This document shows positions 41,087 to 51,381 of a stretch of DNA of 64,000 nt, piece after piece. The stretch covers positions 8,851-72,850 of the forward strand of contig JBDRCN010000001.1 in NCBI GenBank assembly GCA_043821705.1, read 5' to 3'. How positions within the stretch are numbered: position 1 is the stretch's first letter; each line of letters opens with the position of its first letter. The notes below the pieces were generated by a model that ran no database searches, was not told where the DNA came from, and saw nothing but the letters and a program-made list of their open reading frames with translations. This DNA is from Candidatus Omnitrophota bacterium (GTDB lineage: Bacteria; Omnitrophota; Gorgyraeia; Gorgyraeales; Gorgyraeaceae). A program made the translations under genes and the position numbers.

Positions 41087-41359
41087 ATGTTTAAGCCGTT
41101 CAAGCCGAAGGATAAGAAATTTGATAAAAAAAGACCATCTAAGAAGAAGATCTTTATCAAGAAAAGCTGTAGGTTTTGCACAGAGAATCTTCCAGATATA
41201 GATTATAAGGACGCTGCAAGGCTTAGAAGGTTTACAACTGAAAAGGGAAAGATACTACCTAGCCGCATTACCGGAAATTGCGCTAAACATCAGAGGGCGA
41301 CCGCTGAGTCTATAAAAAAATCAAGGTTTATAGCGCTTCTACCGTATGTAGCAGAATGA
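41087..41359 (+). CDS. rpsR: 30S ribosomal protein S18
   Basis: 90-aa ORF; gene order S6-SSB-S18-L9. Confidence 0.9.
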   Translation: MFKPFKPKDKKFDKKRPSKKKIFIKKSCRFCTENLPDIDYKDAARLRRFTTEKGKILPSRITGNCAKHQRATAESIKKSRFIALLPYVAE

Positions 41360-41457
41360 AACAGTTGTTAGTTTTTAGTTGTTAGAAAAAAACAGGTACT
41401 TCTAAAAACTAAAAACTGACAACTAAAAACTGATTAACTGACAACTAACAACTAAAA
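41360..41457 (+). repeat. Repeat family F copy F2
   Basis: See F1. Confidence 0.7.
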
Positions 41458-41469
41458 CGAGGTATAGAC

Positions 41470-41913
41470 ATGAAAGTAATACTTATAGAGAATGTAGAAA
41501 AGGTAGGTTCTATGGGAGATGTAGTGCAGGTGAAGGATGGTTATGCTAGGAATTTTTTATTCCCTAACAATCTAGCAAAGCCAGCCACAGGCTCTAATCT
41601 AAAGATCATAGATCAGATAAAGAAGAAGCAGGCATTGGCGCTAGAAAAAGAGAAAAAACTGCAGGAAGAGCTTAGGGATAAACTTACTAGTGTATCTTGT
41701 ACTCTAGCAGTGGAGGCAGGAGACGATGATAAGATATTTGGTAGTGTAAACAATCAAGATATATCCCAGGCACTAGAGCAGGAAGGTTATGATATAGATA
41801 AAAGAAAGATCTCTCTTCTAGAGCCGATCAAAAAACTCGGGGTTTACCACGTCTTTGTGAAACTTCATCCTGAAGTCACAGCAGATGTAAAGGTGTGGGT
41901 TGTAAAAAAATGA
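41470..41913 (+). CDS. rplI: 50S ribosomal protein L9
   Basis: The 147-aa ORF begins MKVILIENVEKVG. Confidence 0.9.
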   Translation: MKVILIENVEKVGSMGDVVQVKDGYARNFLFPNNLAKPATGSNLKIIDQIKKKQALALEKEKKLQEELRDKLTSVSCTLAVEAGDDDKIFGSVNNQDISQALEQEGYDIDKRKISLLEPIKKLGVYHVFVKLHPEVTADVKVWVVKK

Positions 41914-43268
41914 CAATGGATAGGATAGATATAAATCTTGAAAAGATGCCTCCCCAAAATCTAGAGGCAGAAATGGCTGTTCTGGGCTCCATGCTGATAG
42001 AAGAGCATGCTATAGCAGATGCTATAGAGTTTTTAGAGTCAACTTCTTTCTACAGCGATAAGAACCGCAAGGTATTTGAAAGTATTTTAAAGCTTTATGC
42101 TGAAAATAAGGCTGTTGATATCCTTACATTGACAGAAGAGCTTAAAAGGATAAAAGAGCTGGAAAACGTAGGTGCGACTTACATAACAAACTTGACAACA
42201 GTAGTGCCTACAGCAGCTAATATAAAACACTACGCCAGTATAGTAAAAGAAAAAAGCATATTGCGCAATCTGATATCTACCGCGACCAGCATAATCTCTG
42301 AAAGCTATGATTCGCAAGGAGATGTAGAAAAGATACTCGATAGAGCAGAAAGAACTATTTTTGAGATCTCTAGCAAAAAAATAGATACGAATTTTTCCAC
42401 GATAAAAGAGATCATAAAAGACAGCATAGAGACCATAGATAACCTATATCAGAAAAAAGCCCATGTGACTGGCATAGGGACTGGTTTTACTGATCTAGAC
42501 GCACTTACTGCAGGGCTTCATCCATCGGATCTCATAATATTTGCAGGCAGGCCTAGTATGGGCAAGAGCGCGTTCTTAGCCTCACTTGCAGAACATGTAG
42601 GGCTTGTGGAGAAAAAACCATTAGTGCTTTTTAGTCTTGAAATGTCCAAAGAACAACTTGTACAGAGAATGCTGTGTTCTCACGCCAGGGTAAATGCCCA
42701 TAATGTAAGGACTGGTTTTCTTTCTCAATCTGATTGGCCGCGCCTTACTAATGCTGCGGGAAAACTTTCAGAAGCCCAGATATTCATAGATGATACAGCT
42801 GGACTTTCTGTCCTGGAGCTCAGGGCAAAGGCAAGGAGATTAAAATCACAGCATGATATCCAACTTATAATGGTCGATTATCTGCAACTTATGCAGGGGC
42901 CGCCTGGTTCTGAGAACAGGCAGCAGGAGATCTCTGAGATATCTCGTTCTTTAAAAGCGCTTGCAAGGGAACTCAGGGTACCTCTTATAGCAGTAAGTCA
43001 ATTGTCAAGGGCAGTTGAGAGCAGGCAGGACCATAGGCCACAGTTGTCTGACCTAAGAGAATCAGGAGCAATAGAACAGGATGCTGATCTGGTCGGTCTT
43101 TTATTAAGAGAAGAATATTACAATCCCACTGAAGAAAACAGGGGCATAGGAGAACTGATCATTGCTAAGCAAAGAAATGGACCAATAGGTTCAGTCAAGC
43201 TTACTTTTATCAGGGATTATGCGCGCTTTGAGAACATGACAAGGGAGGGCGAAGAAATTATTGAATAA
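41910..43268 (+). CDS. dnaB: Replicative DNA helicase DnaB (no intein)
   Basis: ATG overlaps the rplI stop (ATGA). Walker A (GRPSMGKSA) and RecA-like fold are present. Confidence 0.9.
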   Translation: MTMDRIDINLEKMPPQNLEAEMAVLGSMLIEEHAIADAIEFLESTSFYSDKNRKVFESILKLYAENKAVDILTLTEELKRIKELENVGATYITNLTTVVPTAANIKHYASIVKEKSILRNLISTATSIISESYDSQGDVEKILDRAERTIFEISSKKIDTNFSTIKEIIKDSIETIDNLYQKKAHVTGIGTGFTDLDALTAGLHPSDLIIFAGRPSMGKSAFLASLAEHVGLVEKKPLVLFSLEMSKEQLVQRMLCSHARVNAHNVRTGFLSQSDWPRLTNAAGKLSEAQIFIDDTAGLSVLELRAKARRLKSQHDIQLIMVDYLQLMQGPPGSENRQQEISEISRSLKALARELRVPLIAVSQLSRAVESRQDHRPQLSDLRESGAIEQDADLVGLLLREEYYNPTEENRGIGELIIAKQRNGPIGSVKLTFIRDYARFENMTREGEEIIE

Positions 43269-43325
43269 GATACCTTAGTTTGCATTGACAGTATCTTATA
43301 TCTATGATATATTCGTAATAATAAG

Positions 43326-45659
43326 ATGAAAATAAAAAGTTTTTTTAGTGCAACTTGCTTGGTTTTATTTATCTCGCTGATACTTTCTATCAGTTTCTGC
43401 CATACCTCCTTTTCCGAAGAAGAATATGCAAACAAGATCATAAAATATGTAAGCGTAAAAAACAATAAGACTATTTCTGAGGCCAAGATCTTATCAAAGC
43501 TGAAGACCAAAAAGGGAGAACTCTTTCTAGAAAAGGTAGTAAATGAAGATGTAAAAAGATTATACCTTTTAGGGTTCTTTAGTGATGTAGAGGTCTCTAT
43601 AGAAGAGGTCTATGATGGCATAGGGATTGTTTTTATAGTCACAGAAAAATCCCCATTAAGTTCGATCACCTTTAAAGGCAACAAGGTGTATAACGCACAG
43701 AAATTGTTAGCTGTTGTAAAATCCAAATCAAGCGAACTAGTGGATGAGAAAAAGCTTAGAAAGGATTCTGAAGCAATAGAGGATCTTTATAAAAGAGCTG
43801 GGTATCCCTGGATCACTGTACACCACGAGTTAAAGTCTATTAACGAACAAGGGGAAGGCGAGGTAGTGTTTGTAATAGATGAAGGACCAAAGGCAGTGGT
43901 GAGGGGGATAAGCATACTTGATAATGTGGCTTTCAGTGACAAGAGGATCTTGAAAATAATAAAAAGCAGGACCTCTGGGTTCTTTAGGTCAGGTGTTTAC
44001 AAGCAGGATGTGATAGAAGATGATATGGAGCGTATCAAGGCATTTTATAGGAATGAGGGTTTTCTTGATGTAGAGTCAAATTACGAATTATTGTCCCATG
44101 AAAAAAGAAGCAAAAAGTGGATAGAACTTGTTATGAGGATAGATGAGGGAAAGCAATATATAACAGGAGAGACTAAGATAACTGGGAATTCAATATTTTC
44201 CCAAGAAGAACTGAAAAGCCTTCTTAAATTAAGAAGAGATGATGTGTTTACTGAGAGTGCGTTACATAAAGAAGTCACGACGCTTCAGGAGAATTATTTT
44301 GACAAAGGCTATATCATGGCAAAGGTCAAACCTGACACTGTCCTCAACATAGAGACCGATAAAGTGGATGTTATCTATAATATTTTTGAAGGAGAGGTAT
44401 GCTACGTCAACAAGGTCAATATACAAGGGAACACCAAGACAAAAGATATTGTTGTCAGGAGAGAACTAAGGCTCAATCCAGGGGACAGGTATGACGGGAA
44501 TAAACTTAGAAAGAGTAAAGAACGCCTTTATAATCTGGGATTTTTTGAGGACATAGCGTTCAATATAGACGACACAGAAACATCCAATAAAAAAGATATG
44601 GAGATAGAAGTAAAGGAGTCCAAGACAGGAGAATTTAGTTTCGGTGGTGGATTTTCATCTATAGATAAGCTGATCGGATTTATTGAAATTGAGCAGAAAA
44701 ATTTTGATCTCTTTAACTTTCCTACTTTTACCGGTGATGGGCAAGACCTTAAGCTAAGAGCAGAACTCGGAAGTGTGCGCAAGAATTATCTATTAAGCTG
44801 GACAGAGCCATGGATATTTGATCATCCTGTTTCATTCGGTTTCGACCTCTATGCTACAGAGAGGAGCAGGAGTGGTTCTACTGGCTATGCATATGATGAA
44901 GCAAAAGAAGGGGTAACGCTAAGGCTTGCGAAATGGTTCAATGATTTCCTGAGAGGGGACCTTTCTTATAGGCTAGAGTCAGTTGACATATCAGACCTGT
45001 CTGTAGACGCATCCCAGTCGCTGAAAGATGAAGCAGGTAAGAATACTATTAGCAGTGTCTTTATGCAGCTTACAAGAGATACAAGGGACAATAGATTTAA
45101 TCCTTCAAAAGGGCTTCTTGTGAGTGGTGCTTTTGAAGTAGCAGGGGGGGCCATAGGAGGAGATAAAGATTTTGCAAAATTCTCAGATTCTATAAGCCGT
45201 TATTCTACAATAGGTCCTTTTGTCTTAGAGTTAAAGGGGAGAAGCGGGGTGGTCACATCTTTTGGCGACTCGACAACAGTCCCTATATATGAAAGATTTT
45301 TTGCAGGAGGTACTTACACTGTCCGTGGCTATAAAGAAAGAGACATAGGCCCTAAAGATGTTTCAGGAGACCCTGTTGGTGGCGGAACAATGGTAGTGGG
45401 TAATGCAGAGCTGACTATGTCGATAATAGAAAATTTAAAAGGTGCTATATTTCTTGATGCTGGAAATGTTTGGGCTACACCTGACAGCAAGCCAAAGGAA
45501 GGCATGTTGACTAGAGGTATAAAAGTTGGTACTGGCGTAGGCGTGAGGATAAAGACTCCTATAGGGCCAGTAAAGCTTGATTATGGATTCCCCATGAATC
45601 CTGATGATAATCAGGAGGATACAGGTAGGTTCCATTTTAGTATGAGTAGAGGATTTTAA
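43326..45659 (+). CDS. bamA: Outer membrane protein assembly factor BamA
   Basis: 777-aa ORF with a signal peptide, five POTRA repeats and a C-terminal barrel ending HFSMSRGF. Confidence 0.9.
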   Translation: MKIKSFFSATCLVLFISLILSISFCHTSFSEEEYANKIIKYVSVKNNKTISEAKILSKLKTKKGELFLEKVVNEDVKRLYLLGFFSDVEVSIEEVYDGIGIVFIVTEKSPLSSITFKGNKVYNAQKLLAVVKSKSSELVDEKKLRKDSEAIEDLYKRAGYPWITVHHELKSINEQGEGEVVFVIDEGPKAVVRGISILDNVAFSDKRILKIIKSRTSGFFRSGVYKQDVIEDDMERIKAFYRNEGFLDVESNYELLSHEKRSKKWIELVMRIDEGKQYITGETKITGNSIFSQEELKSLLKLRRDDVFTESALHKEVTTLQENYFDKGYIMAKVKPDTVLNIETDKVDVIYNIFEGEVCYVNKVNIQGNTKTKDIVVRRELRLNPGDRYDGNKLRKSKERLYNLGFFEDIAFNIDDTETSNKKDMEIEVKESKTGEFSFGGGFSSIDKLIGFIEIEQKNFDLFNFPTFTGDGQDLKLRAELGSVRKNYLLSWTEPWIFDHPVSFGFDLYATERSRSGSTGYAYDEAKEGVTLRLAKWFNDFLRGDLSYRLESVDISDLSVDASQSLKDEAGKNTISSVFMQLTRDTRDNRFNPSKGLLVSGAFEVAGGAIGGDKDFAKFSDSISRYSTIGPFVLELKGRSGVVTSFGDSTTVPIYERFFAGGTYTVRGYKERDIGPKDVSGDPVGGGTMVVGNAELTMSIIENLKGAIFLDAGNVWATPDSKPKEGMLTRGIKVGTGVGVRIKTPIGPVKLDYGFPMNPDDNQEDTGRFHFSMSRGF

Positions 45660-45660
45660 C

Positions 45661-45714
45661 CCTCCTACGCCTTTGCGAAAGGCTATTCGAAAGGCTGGCT
45701 TCGGAGGGTAGGCG
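45661..45714 (+). repeat. Repeat family D copy D3 (immediately 3' of bamA)
   Basis: The sequence cctcctacgcctttgcgaaaggctattcgaaaggctggcttcggagggtaggcgg aligns with D1 and D2. Confidence 0.7.
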
Positions 45715-45750
45715 GATTAGAAAAAATCAATGTAATGTCAGGAGGATTTG

Positions 45751-46257
45751 ATGAAGAAATTTTTAATTGCCGGTATAATTTTTATTTTTACATTTTGTTT
45801 GTTGGCATCAGCTTGTGTGGCTGAAGAAAAGATTGGCTTTGTGGATCTTTCAAAGGCATTCGACGAGTATCAAAAGACAAAAGATTTTGATAAATCACTT
45901 GAACAAAAAGGATCGACAAAACAGGATCAAAGAGAAAAATTAGTCAAAGATATAAGAAAGATGAGAGATGAGTTAGAGCTCCTCAATGAAGTAACCAGAA
46001 AATCAAAAGAGGGAGATATCGAATCTAAGATGAAGATTCTCCAGGAATTTGACCAAGAGGCAAAGACAGAACTAGTAAAAGAAAGAGATAATATGGTAAG
46101 AGACATCTTGGGAGAGATGAACGATGTCATAGAAGAGTATGGCAAGCAAAATGGATATTCTATGATATTAAATGACAGGGTCCTTCTTTACGGCAAGGAT
46201 ACGTTTAATATTACTGACGAGATAATAAATATCCTCAATGCAAAGTATAAAAAATAA
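45751..46257 (+). CDS. skp: Periplasmic chaperone Skp/OmpH
   Basis: 168-aa coiled-coil protein with a signal peptide. ATG at 45751 follows caggagg; the track ORF begins 1 codon earlier, at 45748. Confidence 0.8.
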   Translation: MKKFLIAGIIFIFTFCLLASACVAEEKIGFVDLSKAFDEYQKTKDFDKSLEQKGSTKQDQREKLVKDIRKMRDELELLNEVTRKSKEGDIESKMKILQEFDQEAKTELVKERDNMVRDILGEMNDVIEEYGKQNGYSMILNDRVLLYGKDTFNITDEIINILNAKYKK

Positions 46258-46272
46258 GGGAATCAAAAGAAG

Positions 46273-47307
46273 ATGAAAAAGACATTAGAAGAAATAGCTG
46301 CGATCGTTGATGGGGAAATAATAGGGGACAAGGATACAATAGTAACCGGCATATGCGGGATAAAAGAGGCTCAAAAAGGAGACCTTACATTTGTTGCAAA
46401 TTCCAGATATGTATCCCTCATGAACCAGACCAAGGCATCAGCTATAATTACATCTAAGGATGTGAAATCTTCTCCCAAGCCGATCATACGTACAGAAAAC
46501 CCTTCGATCGCCTTTGCTAAAATGGTATCACTTATGGCCCCCAATGAGAACAAGAGGCCTAAAGGCATACATCCAACAGCTGTTATAGGAGAAAAAGTAA
46601 AACTTGGGAGGAATGTAGCTATACAGCCATATGTAGTCATAGAAGATAATGTTGAGATAAAAGATAATACTATAATTTATGCAGGGGTCTACATAGGGCA
46701 TCATTCAAAGATAGGGAAAGATTGCAAACTTTACCCTTATGTGATAATAAGAGAAAGAGTAGAGATAGCAGATAGGGTCATAATACACAGCGGCACTGTG
46801 ATAGGTAGTGATGGTTTTGGGTTTTCAACAGTAAAGGGAGTACATCATAGAATACCGCAGATAGGAAATGTGATTATAGAAGATGATGTAGAAATAGGAG
46901 TTAATGTTAGCATTGATAGAGCTAGATTTGACAAGACCTTGATTAAAAAAGGAACAAAGATAGATAATCTTGTCCAGATCGCACATAATGTTATAGTGGG
47001 AGAACATTCTATAATAGTGGCCCAAAGCGGCATATCAGGCAGTACGACAATCGGAAATAACGTTACGCTGGCTGGCCAATCAGGTGTGATCGGCCATGTC
47101 TCTATAGGAGACAATACAGTAGTTGCTGGAAGGGCAGGTGTAACAAAAGCTGTGCCTCCGAATTCGTGCGTTTCTGGATTCCCAGCAAAACCGCATAGCA
47201 TAGCAAAGAGGATCAATGCATGCGTGCAAACCCTTCCGGATATGTATAAGAGAGTGAAGTGCCTGGAAGAAGAAATAGATAAATTAAAATCAAAAAAATT
47301 AGACTAA
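46273..47307 (+). CDS. lpxD: UDP-3-O-acylglucosamine N-acyltransferase
   Basis: The 344-aa ORF contains left-handed beta-helix hexapeptide repeats. Confidence 0.9.
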   Translation: MKKTLEEIAAIVDGEIIGDKDTIVTGICGIKEAQKGDLTFVANSRYVSLMNQTKASAIITSKDVKSSPKPIIRTENPSIAFAKMVSLMAPNENKRPKGIHPTAVIGEKVKLGRNVAIQPYVVIEDNVEIKDNTIIYAGVYIGHHSKIGKDCKLYPYVIIRERVEIADRVIIHSGTVIGSDGFGFSTVKGVHHRIPQIGNVIIEDDVEIGVNVSIDRARFDKTLIKKGTKIDNLVQIAHNVIVGEHSIIVAQSGISGSTTIGNNVTLAGQSGVIGHVSIGDNTVVAGRAGVTKAVPPNSCVSGFPAKPHSIAKRINACVQTLPDMYKRVKCLEEEIDKLKSKKLD

Positions 47308-47376
47308 TGAACCATTTTGCGATAGATAGCTCCTTAAAAGATAGAGGGCTATCTATCGTTATCTAAAAAGGAAATT

Positions 47377-48690
47377 ATGGAACAGAAGACAATAAAAAAA
47401 CCTATTAAACTTAGCGGCATAGGCCTGCACACAGGTGTGAAGGTAAACCTTAAATTTAAACCAGCCCCGTCTAATACAGGAATAAATTTTATCAGGATAG
47501 ATGAACCAGATTCTCCGATGATAAAGGCTGATATATTGAATATATTAGACCAGGAAAAAAGTCCAAGACGTACTTCTATCGGGAATGGTTCTGTAGAAGT
47601 ACATACTATAGAACATCTCATGGCAGCATTATTTGCCCTTGGCATAGATAATATGCTTATAGAGATCGATGGCCCAGAACTACCAGGGCTCGATGGCAGT
47701 GCAATAGGTTTTATAGAGAGCTTGAGAGAAGCTGGGATAGAATCACAAGGCGTGTCTAAAAAAGTATATCAAGTGCGTTCTCCTATATGGGATGAACAAA
47801 ATGGGGCTATGATAATGGTGCTTCCTGATAATCAGTTTAGAGTGTCATATACCTTAAATTATGAGCACCCGCTTTTACAAGCGCAGTATATCTCCTTCGT
47901 GATGAACGAGGGAACATTTGAAAAAGAGATAGCGACTTCCAGGACATTTTGCCTCGAGAGAGAAGTAAGGGAGCTGAAAGGACAAGGTCTTGGCAAAGGC
48001 GCTAATTATGAAAATACTGTTGTGGTAGGGCAAGATAGGGTCATAGATAATAAACTTAGATTTGACGATGAATTTGCAAGACATAAGATATTGGATCTAT
48101 TAGGGGACCTATATCTACTTGGTAGCAGCATAACAGGACACATTATAGCAGTTCGTAGTGGACATCCTTTAAACATAAGACTTGTCAGCAAGATCAATAA
48201 ACAGCGTGGGAAAACCCAAGCTGGAGGCCTTAAAGGTGTATATGTCGAGACAGACGGCAATACTCTAGATACTAGTGATATACAGAAAATACTTCCGCAC
48301 CGCTATCCGTTTCTGTTAGTAGATAAGATAATAGAATTAGAACCTGACAAAAGAGCTGTTGGTATAAAAAATGTAACATTTAATGAGCATTTTTTTACAG
48401 GACATTTCCCAGGAAAACCTGTTATGCCGGGTGTTTTGATAATTGAGGCAATGGCTCAGGTTGCAGGAGTTTTGATGCTCAATAAGAAAGAAAACGTTGG
48501 AAAGATCGCTTATTTTGTAAGTTTAGATAAGGCAAAGTTCAGGAAGATGGTTGTTCCTGGAGATCAATTAAGATTAGAGGCCGAGGTAATAAAATTACGT
48601 TCAAAGACAGGCCAGGTACGTACAAAGGCATTAGTAGATGGGCAGGTTGTTAGCGAAGCAGAACTTATGTTCGCTTTAGGTGATGCTTAA
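47377..48690 (+). CDS. lpxC-fabZ: Bifunctional LpxC deacetylase / FabZ dehydratase fusion
   Basis: N-terminal LpxC motifs ([16 protein letters not shown], HxxxD) are followed by the FabZ hot-dog domain ([13 protein letters not shown]...[12 protein letters not shown]). Confidence 0.9.
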   Translation: MEQKTIKKPIKLSGIGLHTGVKVNLKFKPAPSNTGINFIRIDEPDSPMIKADILNILDQEKSPRRTSIGNGSVEVHTIEHLMAALFALGIDNMLIEIDGPELPGLDGSAIGFIESLREAGIESQGVSKKVYQVRSPIWDEQNGAMIMVLPDNQFRVSYTLNYEHPLLQAQYISFVMNEGTFEKEIATSRTFCLEREVRELKGQGLGKGANYENTVVVGQDRVIDNKLRFDDEFARHKILDLLGDLYLLGSSITGHIIAVRSGHPLNIRLVSKINKQRGKTQAGGLKGVYVETDGNTLDTSDIQKILPHRYPFLLVDKIIELEPDKRAVGIKNVTFNEHFFTGHFPGKPVMPGVLIIEAMAQVAGVLMLNKKENVGKIAYFVSLDKAKFRKMVVPGDQLRLEAEVIKLRSKTGQVRTKALVDGQVVSEAELMFALGDA

Positions 48691-48700
48691 TGAAGGAAAA

Positions 48701-49480
48701 ATGAAGATCCATCCGACAGCAGTGATAGAAAAAGGGGCGAAGTTGGCCGACCAAATAAAAGTCGGCCCTTATGCTATTATAGGGCCCAATGTAGAAATAG
48801 GCAAAGGTACAGTAGTGGGCTCTCATGTAGTTTTAGAGGGCTATACTATTATAGGAGAGAATTGCCGGATCTTTACAGGCGCGTGCGTAGGCACTCCTCC
48901 ACAGGACCTTAAATATAAAGGTGTTAAGAGTTTTTTAAAGATAGGGAACAATAATACCATCAGAGAGTATGTCACTATTAATCCAGGGACAAGCGAAGGT
49001 AGTGATACTAAGATAGGAAATGATAATCTATTGATGGCATATTCTCATGTAGCGCATGACTGTAGTGTCGGAGATGGGTGTGTAATAGCTAATTCCGGGA
49101 CATTGGCTGGCCATGTAACACTTCAAGATAAGATTGTCATAGGAGGCCTTACAGCTATACATCAATTTGTAAAGATCGGAAGCCTAGCAATATTAGGAGG
49201 GTGTTCCAAGGTAGTCAAAGATATCCCTCCTTTTTCAACATGTGATGGCCACCCTGCAAGGGTCTATGGCCTCAATGTTATAGGGCTGGACAGGTCAGGC
49301 GTATCAAAAGAAACACAGAATGCACTTAAAAAAGCTTTTAAGATATTGTTCCATTCAAAACTTTCTTTTAAAAATGGGATAGAGAAAGTTAGGGCCGAGA
49401 TAAAAGGCAATAAAGAAGTCGATTACCTGATAGATTTCATTGAGAATTCAGAGAGAGGGATGTCTAGAGGTGACAAATAG
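48701..49480 (+). CDS. lpxA: Acyl-ACP--UDP-GlcNAc O-acyltransferase
   Basis: Likely start MKIHPTAVIEKGA after aggaaaa; the track ORF begins at 48680. Confidence 0.9.
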   Translation: MKIHPTAVIEKGAKLADQIKVGPYAIIGPNVEIGKGTVVGSHVVLEGYTIIGENCRIFTGACVGTPPQDLKYKGVKSFLKIGNNNTIREYVTINPGTSEGSDTKIGNDNLLMAYSHVAHDCSVGDGCVIANSGTLAGHVTLQDKIVIGGLTAIHQFVKIGSLAILGGCSKVVKDIPPFSTCDGHPARVYGLNVIGLDRSGVSKETQNALKKAFKILFHSKLSFKNGIEKVRAEIKGNKEVDYLIDFIENSERGMSRGDK

Positions 49481-50276
49481 AATAGGTCTTTTAGCAGGCA
49501 ATGGAAGATTCCCTATACTCTTTGCTAAAGAAGCAAAGAAAAAAGCTGTAGAAGTAATAGCTATAGCTATAAACGAAGAGACTTCAAAGGACCTTTCAAA
49601 ATATGTAGATAAGATATATTGGCTAGGAGTAGGAGAGCTAGAAAAACTTTTTATAATCCTCGCTCAAGAAAAACTCACCTCGATAATAATGGCAGGGCAG
49701 GTAAGGCATAAGCTTATCTTCGATAAAAGTATAAAACTTGACTCTAAGATGTCAGAGCTTTTAGGGAGCGTAAAGAATAAAAAGACAGATTCTCTTATAG
49801 GCGCAGTAGCTGGTATCTTGGAGTCCAAAGGCATTAAAGTACTTGATTCAACATCATTTTTAAGCGACTATCTTCCAAAAAAAGGACTATTGACAAGAGC
49901 TCCTTTAGACAAAGATATATTGTCTGATATTGATTTTGGACTGAATATTGCAAAAGAGATAGCAGGCCTGGATATTGGGCAGAGTATTGTCGTAAAAGAT
50001 AAAACAGTCCTGGCAGTAGAGAGTATTGAAGGCACTGATGAAGCTATAAAAAGGGGAGCTCATTACGGCAGAGAAGGTATTGTAGTTATCAAGGTAAGTA
50101 AACCTGGCCAGGATATGAGGTTCGATGTGCCAGTGATCGGGCCAGAGACCATAAATCTATTAAGTGAAGTGAAAGCAAAGGCGATCTCAATAGAAGCTAA
50201 TAGAACACTTATAATCGATAAGGATGAAACATTAAAGTTAGCGAATGATCTAGGCATAGGGATAATTGCTGTATGA
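49440..50276 (+). CDS. lpxI: UDP-2,3-diacylglucosamine hydrolase LpxI (DUF1009)
   Basis: 278-aa ORF with GLLAGNGRFP N-terminus; an alternative GTG start lies at about 49470. Confidence 0.75.
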   Translation: MRIQREGCLEVTNRIGLLAGNGRFPILFAKEAKKKAVEVIAIAINEETSKDLSKYVDKIYWLGVGELEKLFIILAQEKLTSIIMAGQVRHKLIFDKSIKLDSKMSELLGSVKNKKTDSLIGAVAGILESKGIKVLDSTSFLSDYLPKKGLLTRAPLDKDILSDIDFGLNIAKEIAGLDIGQSIVVKDKTVLAVESIEGTDEAIKRGAHYGREGIVVIKVSKPGQDMRFDVPVIGPETINLLSEVKAKAISIEANRTLIIDKDETLKLANDLGIGIIAV

Positions 50277-50983
50277 CAAAGAAAAAAAAGAAAGTTAGAG
50301 TGACAGACACTATAGAGGCTCTTTCAAAGATCTCTAGAGCTATATCAAGTGAATTATATCTAGAAGACATTCTAAAGCTCATAGTAACTGTTACAGCTGA
50401 AGTAATGAATTCAAGGATCTGCACTCTTATGCTTCTTGATGAGAAGAAAGAACATTTAGTGATAAGAGCCACCCAGAGTATAAGCGAAGAGTATATAAAG
50501 AAAAACCCTTTAAGAAGGAACGAAGGCATAGCATGGGAAGTTGTAAAGAAAAACAAACCTTTAGTAGTAGCAGATGTATTGAAGGAAAAGGAATATAAAT
50601 ATAAAGATATTGCTAAAAAAGAAGGACTCGTGTCCCTTCTATGTGTACCAATGGCAGTTAAAAATAGAGCGATAGGAGTGCTTAACTGTTATACTTCAAA
50701 GCCTCATAAATTTTCAAAGACAGAGATAAATGTTCTTATAAGCGTAGCTAATCAAGCAGCCATATCTATCGAGAATACAGAACTCTTAGTAAAGACAAAA
50801 GTAATACAGGAAGAACTTGAGACGAGAAAAGTCGTTGAGAAAGCAAAAGGTATCTTGATGAAAGAAGAAAATCTTTCAGAAGAAGAGGCTTTTCGAAAAA
50901 TACAGAAATTCAGCATGGATAGGCGTAAGCCCATGAAAGAAGTTGCTGAGGCAATAGTAATAATGCATGACATGAAGCAATGA
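50273..50983 (+). CDS. GAF-ANTAR RNA-binding antitermination regulator
   Basis: The N-terminal GAF domain is followed by a C-terminal ANTAR signature (ETRKVVEKAKGILMKEENLSEEEAFRKIQKFSMDRRKPMKEVAEAIV). Confidence 0.8.
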   Translation: MTKKKKKVRVTDTIEALSKISRAISSELYLEDILKLIVTVTAEVMNSRICTLMLLDEKKEHLVIRATQSISEEYIKKNPLRRNEGIAWEVVKKNKPLVVADVLKEKEYKYKDIAKKEGLVSLLCVPMAVKNRAIGVLNCYTSKPHKFSKTEINVLISVANQAAISIENTELLVKTKVIQEELETRKVVEKAKGILMKEENLSEEEAFRKIQKFSMDRRKPMKEVAEAIVIMHDMKQ

Positions 50984-51381
50984 AAAAGAAAACATACAAA
51001 AACCTACAAAATAATATACGCACTTTAAAGACGCCTAATATAGATGTCTGGAAGAATCAATACTCTGATAAGGATTATGTTATTGAACTCGAGAACCGTG
51101 AATTTACTTGTGTATGCCCTAAGACAGGTCTTCCTGATTTTGCAACTATAACTTTAAGATATAGTCCAGATAAAACTTGTATTGAATTGAAGTCTTTAAA
51201 GATGTATATGCTTAGTTTTAGGAATATGGGCATATTCCATGAACACGTGATAAACAGGATATTGGATGATCTTGTCAAGGCCTGTAAGCCACGCTATGTA
51301 TATATTAAAGGAGAGTTTGGTGTAAGAGGTGGGATAAAAACAGTAGTTGAAAGTGAATATAAGGGGAGTGGAGCATGTTAG
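50980..51381 (+). CDS. queF: NADPH-dependent 7-cyano-7-deazaguanine reductase
   Basis: 133-aa ORF with the Cys motif FTCVCPKTGLPDF. Confidence 0.85.
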   Translation: MKKKTYKNLQNNIRTLKTPNIDVWKNQYSDKDYVIELENREFTCVCPKTGLPDFATITLRYSPDKTCIELKSLKMYMLSFRNMGIFHEHVINRILDDLVKACKPRYVYIKGEFGVRGGIKTVVESEYKGSGAC

